DNA of 64,000 nucleotides from Candidatus Omnitrophota bacterium (GTDB taxonomy: Bacteria; Omnitrophota; Gorgyraeia; Zapsychrales; JANLHA01), in contig JAKQKX010000023.1 in assembly GCA_029560465.1 (NCBI GenBank), forward strand, positions 7,965 to 71,964, given 5' to 3'. Below are positions 1 to 9,809 of this stretch, piece after piece. The position numbers were made by a program, and so were the translations under genes. The stretch's first letter is position 1. Each line of letters begins with the position of its first letter. The notes beneath the pieces are model-generated. The model worked only from the letters and a program-made list of their open reading frames with translations, was not told where the DNA came from and searched no databases.

Positions 1-467
1 CCGGTTGTGGCGTCCAGGATCGAGGTTCCGCTGAGTTGTCTGACGACCCAGCTGCCAAGCTTCTGGAGTCGTTTCTTGATAAAGGAAAATTGTTTGACGT
101 TTTCAATATCCCGATTGCCGATGACAATGTCAGCTTTCCCCTCGATGATGGGCCTTACCAGGCGGGGGATGTCCTCCCCTTTATACTGCCCATCCGCATC
201 GGTATTGACAATGATGTCAGCCCCCATAGCCAAGGCCGCATCCAATCCGGCCTGAAAGACCCTAGCCAGCCCCTTTTTTTTTGTAAATTTTACGATTTTA
301 TGTACGCCGTGTTCTTGGGCAACTGTTGATGTGTTGTCGGTGCTCCCATCATCGATGATAAGGATTTGAATGTCATCGATCCCCTCGATATGTTTGGGTA
401 AATCAGCCAAAGTTTTTGGCAAGCTTTCCGCTTCGTTAAGACAAGGAATTTGTATGACTAATTTCAT
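1..467 (-). CDS. Glycosyltransferase family 2 (runs off the window edge; not in the ORF track)
   Basis: Manual translation from ATG 467: MKLVIQIPCLNEAESLPKTLADLPKHIEGIDDIQILIIDDGSTDNT, carrying the GT2 IPxxNE and DDGS motifs. Confidence 0.9.
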   Translation of the reverse strand, partial: MKLVIQIPCLNEAESLPKTLADLPKHIEGIDDIQILIIDDGSTDNTSTVAQEHGVHKIVKFTKKKGLARVFQAGLDAALAMGADIIVNTDADGQYKGEDIPRLVRPIIEGKADIVIGNRDIENVKQFSFIKKRLQKLGSWVVRQLSGTSILDATT

Positions 468-541
468 GGATAAACCTCTAAGCGTATTTTGTTTCTTGCT
501 TGGATTTCATGTGTAAAGTCTTAGTGTCTTAAGGTCCTGCG

Positions 542-1549
542 TCATTTTTTGGGATAATAGACCCGTTTCCAGTAGTCCTGTAAAAGTTTAAGTTTATCGG
601 AAAGCCAGTCATAATGGTCAACAGCCCATGCGGCTGTTGTTTTCATCCCTTCTTCAAAGGATATTTGTGGTTCCCATCCGAGGCGGCGGATTTTATCGGC
701 ATTTAAAGAATAGCGGATATCGTGCCCGGGCCGGTCTTTGACGAATTGAATGAGGCTGTGCGGTTTACCGAGTATGCTTAAAATGGTCCGGACCGTTTCG
801 ATATTCTTCTTAGTCGTTTGAGCCCCTACGTTGTAATTCTCCCCTATCCGGCCTTTCGTTAAGATTAAAAGGACTGCCTCCACGCAATCCGAGACATGAA
901 GCCATTCCCGGACCTGAAGCCCCTTCCCGTACACGGGAATTTTTTGCCCGCTCAGCGCCTTTAATAGCACGACCGGGACAAGTTTTTCAGGATATTGCCA
1001 TGGCCCGTAATTATTCGACGGTCGTACAATGATGGCCGGAAAATTGTGGGCTCTGACGGCTGCGTGAATTAAAAAATCGGCAGCAGCTTTTGTTGAGGAA
1101 TAGGGATTGTTAGGGTGTAGCAGAGACGATTCCGTGAAGGACCCTTTGGGTATTTCTCCGTAGACTTCATCGGTTGAAATGTGGATGAACCGGGGGACCC
1201 GGTGATGGCGCGCGCAGTCTATGAGAGTCGCAGTCCCCTGGATATTGGTAGCAATAAACGGGGAAACATCCAGTAAACTTCGATCAACATGTGTTTCGGC
1301 GGCAAAATGGAGGATCGCGGAAGGCTGTTCTTTTTTTATGATATCATCGATTTTTTGGGCCTGAATGATATCCGTTTTATAAAACGTAATTTGATTTTTA
1401 ACCGGACGCAAACGCGTCAAATCCCCGGCGTATGTTAATTTATCAATAACCACCACCCGGTAGCCTTTTTCAACAGCCTTCCGGACAAAGGTACTGGCAA
1501 TAAAGCCCGCCCCGCCGGTTACGAGCAGTTTAGGTAATTTTTTACGCAT
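542..1549 (-). CDS. rfbB: dTDP-glucose 4,6-dehydratase
   Basis: VTGGAGFI, HFAAETHVDRS, STDEVYG, YSSTKA, NNYGP and DRPGHD motifs. Confidence 0.95.
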   Translation of the reverse strand: MRKKLPKLLVTGGAGFIASTFVRKAVEKGYRVVVIDKLTYAGDLTRLRPVKNQITFYKTDIIQAQKIDDIIKKEQPSAILHFAAETHVDRSLLDVSPFIATNIQGTATLIDCARHHRVPRFIHISTDEVYGEIPKGSFTESSLLHPNNPYSSTKAAADFLIHAAVRAHNFPAIIVRPSNNYGPWQYPEKLVPVVLLKALSGQKIPVYGKGLQVREWLHVSDCVEAVLLILTKGRIGENYNVGAQTTKKNIETVRTILSILGKPHSLIQFVKDRPGHDIRYSLNADKIRRLGWEPQISFEEGMKTTAAWAVDHYDWLSDKLKLLQDYWKRVYYPKK

Positions 1550-2343
1550 TCTTCCAGGATATCCTTTGTGGCGCGAACTTTGAAACGGGTTGATTCAAGC
1601 TTTTTGGTCGAGAGGATTAGATTGGTCCTAACAAGTTTTAAATCTTTTAAATCGATGACCGTAAAACGGAAATTGGGATCATGTTTTGCATAAATTTTTA
1701 TCAGGTCCGGGTAACGTAGTGCCCCCTTGTTCACAACATTGTATATTCCCTGTGCGTCAATCGAAATGAGATGCCGGAAGGCCTGAATAAAGTCTGGGAT
1801 ATAAGTGACAGAGTTCGGGACATCGATTATTTTCTTGTATTTGATGAGTTTGGTCAGGATATTCTTGGGATGGGGGCGGTTATCGAGGGGCACCCTGATC
1901 CTGATGATAAGGATATTATATTTTTTAGCCAAGGCGTTTAGAATGTGCTCTGCATAAATTTTCGTGCGGCTGTAATAGAGTTCAAAGAAATCCGGGACCA
2001 TGGTTTCCGTGATGGGTTTGGGTTTCTTGTAATCATAATGATAAATACACCCGCTGCTGATATGTACCATTTTGACTCCGTAGCGTAAGCAGGCTTCTGC
2101 CAGCAGAACGGGGACGAAGGTATTGGCGTGGATACTTTTCTCCGGGTTAAGTTCGCAGTCATCTATATTTCGGACGCCGGTATACCCGATACAATTGACA
2201 AGAATTTTGGGATGGTTCTTTTTGACCAGTTGAACGGCATCTTGAAACGAAGAAATTCGTTCCGAGGACAAACTGCCTCCCAACTCTTTTTGAAGTCTTT
2301 GCCCGATATATCCTTTACCGACAATCAACATTTTATTTTTCAT
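1519..2343 (-). CDS. NDP-4-keto-6-deoxyglucose 3,5-epimerase/4-reductase (NRS/ER-like, RmlD superfamily)
   Basis: GKGYIG, NCIGYTG..NIDDCE, SSGCIY, YSRTK and RVPL...NILTKLIKYKKIIDVPNSVT motifs; lies between rfbA and rfbB. Start moved to MKNKML (2343). Confidence 0.75.
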   Translation of the reverse strand: MKNKMLIVGKGYIGQRLQKELGGSLSSERISSFQDAVQLVKKNHPKILVNCIGYTGVRNIDDCELNPEKSIHANTFVPVLLAEACLRYGVKMVHISSGCIYHYDYKKPKPITETMVPDFFELYYSRTKIYAEHILNALAKKYNILIIRIRVPLDNRPHPKNILTKLIKYKKIIDVPNSVTYIPDFIQAFRHLISIDAQGIYNVVNKGALRYPDLIKIYAKHDPNFRFTVIDLKDLKLVRTNLILSTKKLESTRFKVRATKDILEECVKNYLNCS

Positions 2344-3199
2344 CAGCGAGCTCCATAAGATACGTTCCATAGTCTGTCTTGATCGTTTTGGCTAAACGCG
2401 AGATATCATCACGCGAAATAAGTCCCTTTCGGAAAGCGATTTCTTCGATGCATCCCACTTTAAGCCCTTGCCGATCCTCGATTGTTTTGATGAATATTGA
2501 GGCGTCAATTAAAGAGTTGTAGCTGCCGGTATCCAGCCAGGCATATCCGCGCCCCAGCCGTTCGACTTGCATGACCCCTTTTTTAATATAATGATTGTTC
2601 ACATCGGTGATTTCCAGTTCTCCCCTCGCGGAAGGTTGTACGGTTTTGGCGATTTGTACGGCATTCTTGTCAAAGAAATAGAGCCCAGTCACGGCCCAGT
2701 TGGATTTTGGATTTTGTGGTTTTTCTGTAATTGAAATCACGTTATTGCCCGCATCAAATTCGATAACTCCATATTGCCGGGGACTTTTTACATAGTATCC
2801 AAAGATGATGGCCCCTTTTTTAAGTTCACATGCTTGAGTTACAAGTTTGCTGAGATTATGCCCGTAAAAGATATTATCACCCAGGATCAAACAAACAGGT
2901 TGATGATCCATGAATTGTTCTCCAATTAAGAGCGCTTCTGCTATCCCCTTGGGGGATTCTTGAGCCGCATAGGATATGTTGATCCCCACCTGGCGCCCAT
3001 CCCCAAGCAAGTCTCGAAAACGCGGCAGGTCTTTTGGGGTTGAGATGATAAGAATTTCCGTAATCCCCCCGAGCATCAATACGGACAGCGGATAATAAAT
3101 CATGGGCTTGTCATAAACGGGGAGCAATTGCTTGCAGACTCCCCTGGTGATAGGATAAAGTCGGGTTCCACTCCCTCCGGCAAGAATAATTCCCTTCAT
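2333..3199 (-). CDS. rfbA: Glucose-1-phosphate thymidylyltransferase
   Basis: GIILAGGSGTRLYPIT, KQLLPVYDKPMIYYPLS, RGELEITD and WLDTG motifs. Confidence 0.97.
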   Translation of the reverse strand: MKGIILAGGSGTRLYPITRGVCKQLLPVYDKPMIYYPLSVLMLGGITEILIISTPKDLPRFRDLLGDGRQVGINISYAAQESPKGIAEALLIGEQFMDHQPVCLILGDNIFYGHNLSKLVTQACELKKGAIIFGYYVKSPRQYGVIEFDAGNNVISITEKPQNPKSNWAVTGLYFFDKNAVQIAKTVQPSARGELEITDVNNHYIKKGVMQVERLGRGYAWLDTGSYNSLIDASIFIKTIEDRQGLKVGCIEEIAFRKGLISRDDISRLAKTIKTDYGTYLMELADEK

Positions 3200-3245
3200 G
3201 GGTGAATTCTTTCTGTGTTATTTATAAATTTATTAATAAATATAT

Positions 3246-3273
3246 ATTATACTTAAAAATATTTTAAATGCAA
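3246..3273 (-). promoter_or_regulatory. Putative sigma70 promoter of the rfb operon
   Basis: TTGCAT-N16-TATAAT in an AT-rich gap upstream of rfbA. Confidence 0.5.
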
Positions 3274-3302
3274 TGGCATTTGCTATCTTGGGTTTTGTGA
3301 AT

Positions 3303-3920
3303 TCAAGATAAGTTTGAAGGAATGCCTTGGGGGGGTAAAGTCATTTTCATCGAAAAGGAACATCCGCAATAATTCTGTCTGTAAAAGTTTTCCCGTTTCG
3401 TAATTTGCTCCTTCCTTTCCGCCCCCCCCTGTTTTCTCCAGTTGTAATCCCAAAAAATAAGCCCGGGATAGCGTGAGGCAGCTGTAGCTCCGCATTTATA
3501 AACCTGTTGAATGTCTTTCCACCGTGAAATCCCAAGGCTTGTGGCGAAAATTCTAAAATTGTTTTCAACCGCATACTGTGCGGTCCGTTCGAGTCTCATG
3601 GAAAAACAGATGTCACAGCGTTTTCCCCGTTCCTGTTCCTGTTCTAGCCCATGGGTTTTTTTCGTCCAGGCGTCCGGGTCATAGTCAAGGTCGACAAATG
3701 GGATGCTCATTTTTACGGCAAATCTGGCGGCTTCTTGTTTTCGCAACTGATATTCACTTTCAGGATAAATGTTGGGATTGTAAAAAAGCACGGTGAGCGG
3801 AATCCCTGAAAAAGCGATTGCTTCCATGATTTCCCCGGAACACGGGGCGCAACAGGAATGCAGAAGAATTTTTTCACCTAATATCGGTGGTATTAAGGGT
3901 TTACGTGCTGTCTCCGCCAT
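3303..3920 (-). CDS. queH: Epoxyqueuosine reductase QueH
   Basis: LLHSCCAPCS, FYNPNI, RCDICFSMRL and YRQNYCGC motifs; start set at MAETAR. Confidence 0.9.
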   Translation of the reverse strand: MAETARKPLIPPILGEKILLHSCCAPCSGEIMEAIAFSGIPLTVLFYNPNIYPESEYQLRKQEAARFAVKMSIPFVDLDYDPDAWTKKTHGLEQEQERGKRCDICFSMRLERTAQYAVENNFRIFATSLGISRWKDIQQVYKCGATAASRYPGLIFWDYNWRKQGGAERKEQITKRENFYRQNYCGCSFSMKMTLPPQGIPSNLS

Positions 3921-3978
3921 GAGTCTATTGTGCCCGATAATGGAGGGTTTGTCAAGAGAAGGTAATATTTCCCGTGGG

Positions 3979-4833
3979 TTAACTGAGAGACCTGACAGCT
4001 GGCGGGATAAAGTCAATAAGATCGCTTGCGATCATGGCCAGGCGGGTTTTTTTCTTAGCGGCCAGGTCTCCGGCTAATCCATGCAGGTATGCGCCCCAGC
4101 GGGCCGCTTCAAAGGCGTTTAAGCCCTGGCCCAAAAAAGCGGCGATCATGCCGGTTAAAACATCCCCGCTTCCAGCCGTGGCCATCCCCGCGTTTCCGGT
4201 TGAATTCAGGGTACATTTTTTATCAGGGGCGGCTATCACCGTCCGGGCTCCTTTCAGGAGAACGACTGTCTGGGTTGTCTTGGACAGCGCAATGGCTGCG
4301 GCTTTACGGTCCTTCTCGATGTCTGTTTTTGAGATATTGAGAAGACGGGCCATTTCTCCTGGATGGGGTGTCAAGATTTTTGGAGCGGGAGATTTTCTTA
4401 GAATATCCAGCCGGCCGGATAAAGCGTTCAGAGCATCGGCATCGATCACCAAAGGGGTCGGGATGGCGCTGATGGCTTTAAGGATGAAATCCCGGGTGCC
4501 TGTCTGTGTTGAGAGCCCCGGCCCTATGGCGATGGCATCAAAACGCATGAGCTCCCCGGAAAGGGTTTCCCAGGCCTGAGGGGAAAGGGTCTGTTCCGGG
4601 GTTTCCGGCAGGGGGAAGGTCATAATGACCGGAGACAATTTTCTCTGTAAAGCTGTGTTTAGGCTCTGCGGCACGCCCACGGTCACAAGCCCGGCGCCGG
4701 AGCGCATGGCGGCCAACCCGGACAGGGCCGCGGCACCGAGCATGCGTCTGGATCCCGCCAGAATAAGGACGTGTCCGAAGTGATTTTTATAAACGTTTTT
4801 TTTAAGCCGTAATAAGGGCGCTGGCAATCGCAT
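3979..4833 (-). CDS. nnrD: ADP-dependent NAD(P)H-hydrate dehydratase (stand-alone NnrD)
   Basis: GHVLILAGS, IGPGL, VIDADAL, LTPHPGEMARL and MATAGSGDVLTG motifs; start set at MRLPAP. Confidence 0.92.
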   Translation of the reverse strand: MRLPAPLLRLKKNVYKNHFGHVLILAGSRRMLGAAALSGLAAMRSGAGLVTVGVPQSLNTALQRKLSPVIMTFPLPETPEQTLSPQAWETLSGELMRFDAIAIGPGLSTQTGTRDFILKAISAIPTPLVIDADALNALSGRLDILRKSPAPKILTPHPGEMARLLNISKTDIEKDRKAAAIALSKTTQTVVLLKGARTVIAAPDKKCTLNSTGNAGMATAGSGDVLTGMIAAFLGQGLNAFEAARWGAYLHGLAGDLAAKKKTRLAMIASDLIDFIPPAVRSLS

Positions 4834-5155
4834 AATTGTCGGAATGTGAAATTGAAAGATAGATGGTATGCCGGAATTCGGGATTGTTGATCTCGCAGTA
4901 AGGTTTTCCGTTTTCGTGATTGAGAATTTTGATGTCTTTCCAGCCGATGGGCATGAATGTTTCATCTAAGGCTTTGATGATGGCTTCTTTGGCTGCGAAC
5001 CGTCCGGCAAAATGCCTGGAAGGAAACTTGTTCCTGTTCGCGTACTGCACTTCCTCCTCACAGAAAACATGGCGCAAAAAATGATCCCCCCAACGCTGAA
5101 TCGCTAGTTCGATTCTGGCTATTTCGATAATATCGATCCCTGTCCCCAGAATCAC
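4802..5155 (-). CDS. acpS: Holo-ACP synthase
   Basis: GTGIDIIEIARI, FAGRFAAKEA and SISH motifs. Confidence 0.95.
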   Translation of the reverse strand: MILGTGIDIIEIARIELAIQRWGDHFLRHVFCEEEVQYANRNKFPSRHFAGRFAAKEAIIKALDETFMPIGWKDIKILNHENGKPYCEINNPEFRHTIYLSISHSDNYAIASALITA

Positions 5156-5871
5156 GTTGCCGTCCTGATGATTGCGAGCATTTCTTTCACCGCTTGCTGA
5201 AGTCCTGTCGTGATCGCCCGGGAGATGATCGAATGTCCGATGTTCAATTCTTCTATGCCGTTGATCCGGGCGACCGGGGCGGTATTGGCGTAGTTCAGGC
5301 CGTGCCCGGCGTTGACGGTCAGCCCGAGATCCCGGGCGAAGTGGGTCATGTCCGAGAGTGTCTTTAATTGTTTTTGGGCGGCGCTTCGCGTGCGGCTATT
5401 TGCGTAACAGCCGGTGTGCAGTTCGATCATGTCCACGCCGGCTTCCGCGGCGCGCGTGATTTGGGGTTTCTCCGGCGCGATAAACAAGCTTACACAGATC
5501 CCTTTTTGCCGGAGCAGGTCCGCCGCACGGGTAATTTTTTTGAAATAACGGACGACATCCAATCCCCCTTCTGTCGTAATTTCTTGCCGTCGCTCCGGCA
5601 CGATCGTACACTGATCCGGCTTCAGGCGCAGGGCCACGTCAAGGATGTCTGGGCTTAACGCCATTTCCAAGTTCAGGCGCGTCGTCACGGATTTTTTCAA
5701 CATCTTCACGTCGGCGTCTAAAATATGCCTCCGGTCTTCCCGCAGGTGGCAGACGATACTGTCGGCCCCGGCACCCTCGCAGATTTTTGCCGCCATGATG
5801 GGGTCCGGTTCATCCCCGCCACGGGACTGGCGTACGGTGGCCACATGATCGATGTTAACGCCAAGTTTCAT
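5152..5871 (-). CDS. pdxJ: Pyridoxine 5'-phosphate synthase
   Basis: LGVNIDHVAT, HLREDRRHI, ELHTG, AGHGL and ELNIGHSII motifs. Confidence 0.97.
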   Translation of the reverse strand: MKLGVNIDHVATVRQSRGGDEPDPIMAAKICEGAGADSIVCHLREDRRHILDADVKMLKKSVTTRLNLEMALSPDILDVALRLKPDQCTIVPERRQEITTEGGLDVVRYFKKITRAADLLRQKGICVSLFIAPEKPQITRAAEAGVDMIELHTGCYANSRTRSAAQKQLKTLSDMTHFARDLGLTVNAGHGLNYANTAPVARINGIEELNIGHSIISRAITTGLQQAVKEMLAIIRTAT

Positions 5872-5902
5872 TATCCCGGCATCCTTTCTTGTTTGCGCTG
5901 GT

Positions 5903-6052
5903 TCATGAGGGGAAGGCGGCCCGCTCTTGTTTCGTCGGGTGCTGGCGTTTTTCCTGGCGCAGAATTTCCCCGGTGACGTAAATCCAGGTGATGATCGCCA
6001 GCCCTAGCGCGATTAGCTTCAATCCTAAATTGTGTGTTAACCATTTTTTCAT
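5903..6052 (-). CDS. 49-aa CdaR (YbbR)-like membrane peptide, TM anchor only
   Basis: Manual translation MKKWLTHNLGLKLIALGLAIITWIYVTGEILRQEKRQHPTKQERAAFPS*; lies directly after cdaA and resembles the CdaR N-terminal N..LK...LA..W..V helix. Confidence 0.7.
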   Translation of the reverse strand: MKKWLTHNLGLKLIALGLAIITWIYVTGEILRQEKRQHPTKQERAAFPS

Positions 6053-6069
6053 TTGTGAGATTTATGCGC

Positions 6070-6840
6070 TTATTTTTGTGTTTTTTGATTCCCCACGATC
6101 AGATTTTTGAGAATATTCGTAAACCGGTCCCGGTTAATCACAGGGATAAAACGGCCATCAGACGCCAGGGACACTTCCCCGGATTCTTCCGAAACCATAA
6201 CAACGATCGCGTCCGTCTGTTCGGTTAAGCCGAGCGCCGCCCGGTGGCGTGTCCCGATAATTTTGCTGAAGCTGGGATTGTCGGATAGCGGAAACAGGCA
6301 GGCGCAGGCGATAATTCTGTCCCGGCGGATCACGATCCCGCCGTCGTGCAAAGGAGAATTATGATTAAAGACGCTTTGTATCAGTTCGGAGGATATCCGC
6401 GCATCAAGGTTAATCCCGCTTTCAATATAAGTTTTAAGTTTGGAGTCGCGCTCGATCGCCATGATACACCCGGTTTTGTTTTTCGAAAACCGGTAAGCGG
6501 CGTCCGCAATCTCTTCAATGATCGCCATGACTTCGGTTTCTTCCAGGGCGATATTAAAAAGGTGCCGTTGCCCCAGCCGGGCCAGCCCGAGCCGGAGTTC
6601 CTGTTGAAAGATGATCAGGAGCGCGATGATGGAAATCCCGAACAGCTTGGTCAAAAGCCAGTTGATGGTGTCCAGCCCCATGATTTGTGAAAGCACAAAC
6701 GCGAAGACGAGCAGGGTCATCCCTTTGAGCACTTGGAAGGAACGGGTCCCTTCAAAAAAGACCAGTGTTTGGTAGAAAATAATCCAGAGGATTATGATTT
6801 CGATGGTGGGTTTTAAAAATGACCAAATAAAGAAAAACAT
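6070..6840 (-). CDS. cdaA: Membrane diadenylate cyclase CdaA/DacA
   Basis: Three N-terminal TM helices, IIFQQELR, SPLHDGG, GTRHRAALGLTE and VSEESG motifs. Confidence 0.95.
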   Translation of the reverse strand: MFFFIWSFLKPTIEIIILWIIFYQTLVFFEGTRSFQVLKGMTLLVFAFVLSQIMGLDTINWLLTKLFGISIIALLIIFQQELRLGLARLGQRHLFNIALEETEVMAIIEEIADAAYRFSKNKTGCIMAIERDSKLKTYIESGINLDARISSELIQSVFNHNSPLHDGGIVIRRDRIIACACLFPLSDNPSFSKIIGTRHRAALGLTEQTDAIVVMVSEESGEVSLASDGRFIPVINRDRFTNILKNLIVGNQKTQK

Positions 6841-6854
6841 GTCTAACGTTTTGG

Positions 6855-7748
6855 TTAAATAAATGATTGATTGATGATCGCATCCGTCATTCGGGCGACA
6901 GCGATCATCTCTTTAACATCGTGAACGCGTAGGATGTGGGCTCCTTTTAAGATGCTCGCACACACTGTCGCGGCTGTGCCCCATGTCCGTTGCCTGGGAA
7001 CGTCTTCCCGTAACACTTTGCCAATGAAAGATTTTCGTGATGTACCTATGAGAAGGGGACATCGTAAAGACTGGAATTCATTAAGCCGGTTAATGATTTC
7101 CAGATTGTGCTCGGCTGTTTTTCCAAATCCGATCCCCGGATCCAATATGATTCTATCTGATTTAATCCCGATTTCCAAGCAAATTTCAAGGGATTTCTGT
7201 AAAGAATCTTTGATCTCGGTTATTAAATTATTGTAAACAATGTTGTTTTGCATTGTGCGCGGGGTTCCCCGCATATGCATTAAAATAACAGCGGCCTCGT
7301 AGTGCTGGACCATCTTCAGCAATCTTCGGTCCGGAGATGTCCCCATGATGGTATTAACGATGCTGGCCCCGGCATCGAGCGCGTGTCGGGCGACGAGTGG
7401 TTTGTATGTGTCCACAGAAATGGGATTATCCACTTTTTGAGCGAGCGCTTTGATGACGGGAATGACACGCGCGAGTTCTTCTTTTAAGGGGATGCGTTTA
7501 GCGCCTGGTCGGGAAGATTCTCCGCCGATATCAATGATATCGGCCCCTTGCCGGATGAACGTTAACGCTTTACGGATGGCCGTGTCGGGGCCCTTTCCCT
7601 TCCCCCCTATGCTTATACAGCCGTCTTGACTGAAGGAGTCCGGGGTCATATTGATGATGCCCATGATCCGGGTTGACGCACCAAGAGACAGGGCGTGTCT
7701 CCGGGCCCGTAACAGAAAAGATTTTCTTTGCAGGATAGTTTTTTGCAC
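6855..7748 (-). CDS. folP: Dihydropteroate synthase
   Basis: MGIINMTPDSFS, DIGGESSRPG, DPGIGFGK, SRKSFIG and RVHDV motifs. Confidence 0.96.
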   Translation of the reverse strand: MQKTILQRKSFLLRARRHALSLGASTRIMGIINMTPDSFSQDGCISIGGKGKGPDTAIRKALTFIRQGADIIDIGGESSRPGAKRIPLKEELARVIPVIKALAQKVDNPISVDTYKPLVARHALDAGASIVNTIMGTSPDRRLLKMVQHYEAAVILMHMRGTPRTMQNNIVYNNLITEIKDSLQKSLEICLEIGIKSDRIILDPGIGFGKTAEHNLEIINRLNEFQSLRCPLLIGTSRKSFIGKVLREDVPRQRTWGTAATVCASILKGAHILRVHDVKEMIAVARMTDAIINQSFI

Positions 7749-7758
7749 GAATAGGCGT

Positions 7759-9747
7759 TTAATTCATGTGTTTCTGTTGCGACAGGCCGGAGAGGTTGCT
7801 GTCTTTGTTTGGAGCCTCGGCGGGGGACAATGGCGCCCCCGGATACTCCCCTTCGCCGGAGGCCATCCCCAGCAACAACTGTGTTTCATCAATCGTGATG
7901 ACCTCTTTTTCAATGAGAGTTTTGGCGATCCGGTCCAGTTTATCTCGGTTTTCGGTTAACAACGTGCGGGCCCGCGTGTACGCTTCTTCCACAACACCCT
8001 GGATTTCGTGGTCGATATTTTTAGCGGTTTCCTCACTGTAATCGCGCTGTTCAAAAAGATCCCGCCCCAGAAAATGATGCCGTTGGTTATGCCCAAAAGA
8101 CAATCGCCCTAGACGGGGGCTCATCCCGTATTCACACACCATGGCCCGGGCGAGCTGCGTCACGCGCTCGAGGTCGTTGGATACCCCGGTTGTTGTGTCT
8201 TGCATCACCAGTTCTTCCGCGACCAGCCCGCCGAGGAGAAGAACCATTTGCCCTTTGAGTTCCTTCTGGTTCAGGTAATGCCGGTCTTCTTTGGGGGGGG
8301 TGAGTGTGTACCCTCCCGCCATGCCCCGGGGGATAATTGATACTTTCGTGAACGTATCGACTTCATCAATAAGCAAGGAAAGGAGCGCGTGGCCGGCTTC
8401 ATGGTACGCCGTGATTTCTTTTTCCTTCTTGGAAACTGTGCGGCTTTTTTTCTCCGGCCCCATTGTCACACGTTCGATGGCCGAAAGAAAATCATCCATC
8501 TCTACTTTTTCCTTATCTTTCCTCGCCGCGAGCAAGGCCGCTTCGTTACAGACATTGGCAAGGTCGGCCCCGGAAAAATAAACGGTTTGTTGGGCCAGGC
8601 GTTCAAAATTAACTTTATCATCCACTTTAATATCCCGGGTGTGGACTCTCAGGATGCCTTCCCGGCCTTTGATATCCGGGAGGGTGACGACGATTTGGCG
8701 GTCAAAACGTCCGGGACGCAATAAGGCCGGGTCCAGGGTGTCAGGGCGGTTGGTGGCCGCGATAATAATGACCCCGCTCTGGGTGTTGAATCCGTCCATC
8801 TCTACCAGTAAAGCGTTTAAGGTTTGCTCCCTTTCGTCATTCCCTCCTCCGATCCCGGCAAAGCGTTGGCGGCCTACGGCATCAATTTCATCGATAAAAA
8901 CAATCGCCCCTTTCCCGGAACTCAACGAGGCTTTGCGGGCCTGGTCGAATAAATCCCGCACACGGGACGCGCCGACTCCGACGAACATTTCGACGAAATC
9001 CGATCCGCTTAAAGAAAAGAAAGGCACCCCGGCTTCCCCCGCCACGGCTTTTGCCAGGAGGGTTTTCCCTGTCCCCGGATGCCCGACGAGCAAGACGCCT
9101 TTTGGGATTTTGCCCCCTAAGCGTTGAAATTTGCGGGGTTCTTTCAGGAATTCAATGACCTCCTGCAATTCCTCTTTGGCTTCGTCCACGCCAGCGACGT
9201 CTTTAAAGGTGATGTTCATGCTGCTTTTTGTGCTCAGCCTCGCCCGGGATTTCCCGAATGACCAGATTTTGTTCCCCATCTGGCTGCCCCGGTAAGAAAT
9301 AAACCAGATAAACAGGATAATGATCAGGATCGGCAACAGTGATAGGAGCATCTGGCTCCAAAAAGTTTGGGCTGGTTTCACTTGGACATCCGGGACGTTG
9401 GATCGCATGAGCTCCAGGATGGTTTCATCTTTGCTGGGGATGTTCAACTTGAATTCCGTGTCGTCTTTATATATTCCCCTCACGACATGTTCCGGCCCCT
9501 CAATGAGTTCCAGTCTTTTTATGCGTCCGGTTTCAGGGTTATCTTTCAGAATTTGAAAAAAGCTGCTGTAGGATAACGGCTCTGGAACCTTGAATTTGTT
9601 CACGGATTCGGTTTGGCTCATGAGCAGAAGAAGGATAAATCCGATCATAAGTAAAAAAAGAATATTATTGTTAGGGGGACGGTTTTTGCCCCGGTTTGAT
9701 GCCGGGCGTACCGGCCGTTTCAGATTGGGACGTTTATAATTTTGCAT
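7759..9747 (-). CDS. ftsH: ATP-dependent zinc metalloprotease FtsH
   Basis: Two TM helices, [25 protein letters not shown] and HEAGH motifs; GAGGAG SD. Confidence 0.98.
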   Translation of the reverse strand: MQNYKRPNLKRPVRPASNRGKNRPPNNNILFLLMIGFILLLLMSQTESVNKFKVPEPLSYSSFFQILKDNPETGRIKRLELIEGPEHVVRGIYKDDTEFKLNIPSKDETILELMRSNVPDVQVKPAQTFWSQMLLSLLPILIIILFIWFISYRGSQMGNKIWSFGKSRARLSTKSSMNITFKDVAGVDEAKEELQEVIEFLKEPRKFQRLGGKIPKGVLLVGHPGTGKTLLAKAVAGEAGVPFFSLSGSDFVEMFVGVGASRVRDLFDQARKASLSSGKGAIVFIDEIDAVGRQRFAGIGGGNDEREQTLNALLVEMDGFNTQSGVIIIAATNRPDTLDPALLRPGRFDRQIVVTLPDIKGREGILRVHTRDIKVDDKVNFERLAQQTVYFSGADLANVCNEAALLAARKDKEKVEMDDFLSAIERVTMGPEKKSRTVSKKEKEITAYHEAGHALLSLLIDEVDTFTKVSIIPRGMAGGYTLTPPKEDRHYLNQKELKGQMVLLLGGLVAEELVMQDTTTGVSNDLERVTQLARAMVCEYGMSPRLGRLSFGHNQRHHFLGRDLFEQRDYSEETAKNIDHEIQGVVEEAYTRARTLLTENRDKLDRIAKTLIEKEVITIDETQLLLGMASGEGEYPGAPLSPAEAPNKDSNLSGLSQQKHMN

Positions 9748-9781
9748 ATCTCCTCACATTTCAAATAATTAAATTTTTAAT

Positions 9782-9809
9782 ATTATAACCGATCATAATA
9801 TAGTTTCAA
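9782..9809 (-). promoter_or_regulatory. Putative sigma70 promoter of ftsH
   Basis: TTGAAA-N16-TATAAT upstream of ftsH. Confidence 0.5.

Noticed and set aside
7-329. Plus-strand ORFs 7..255 and 36..329, and the many other antisense or alternate-frame ORFs in the track
   Set aside because: They are shadows of well-supported minus-strand genes and carry no motifs of their own.
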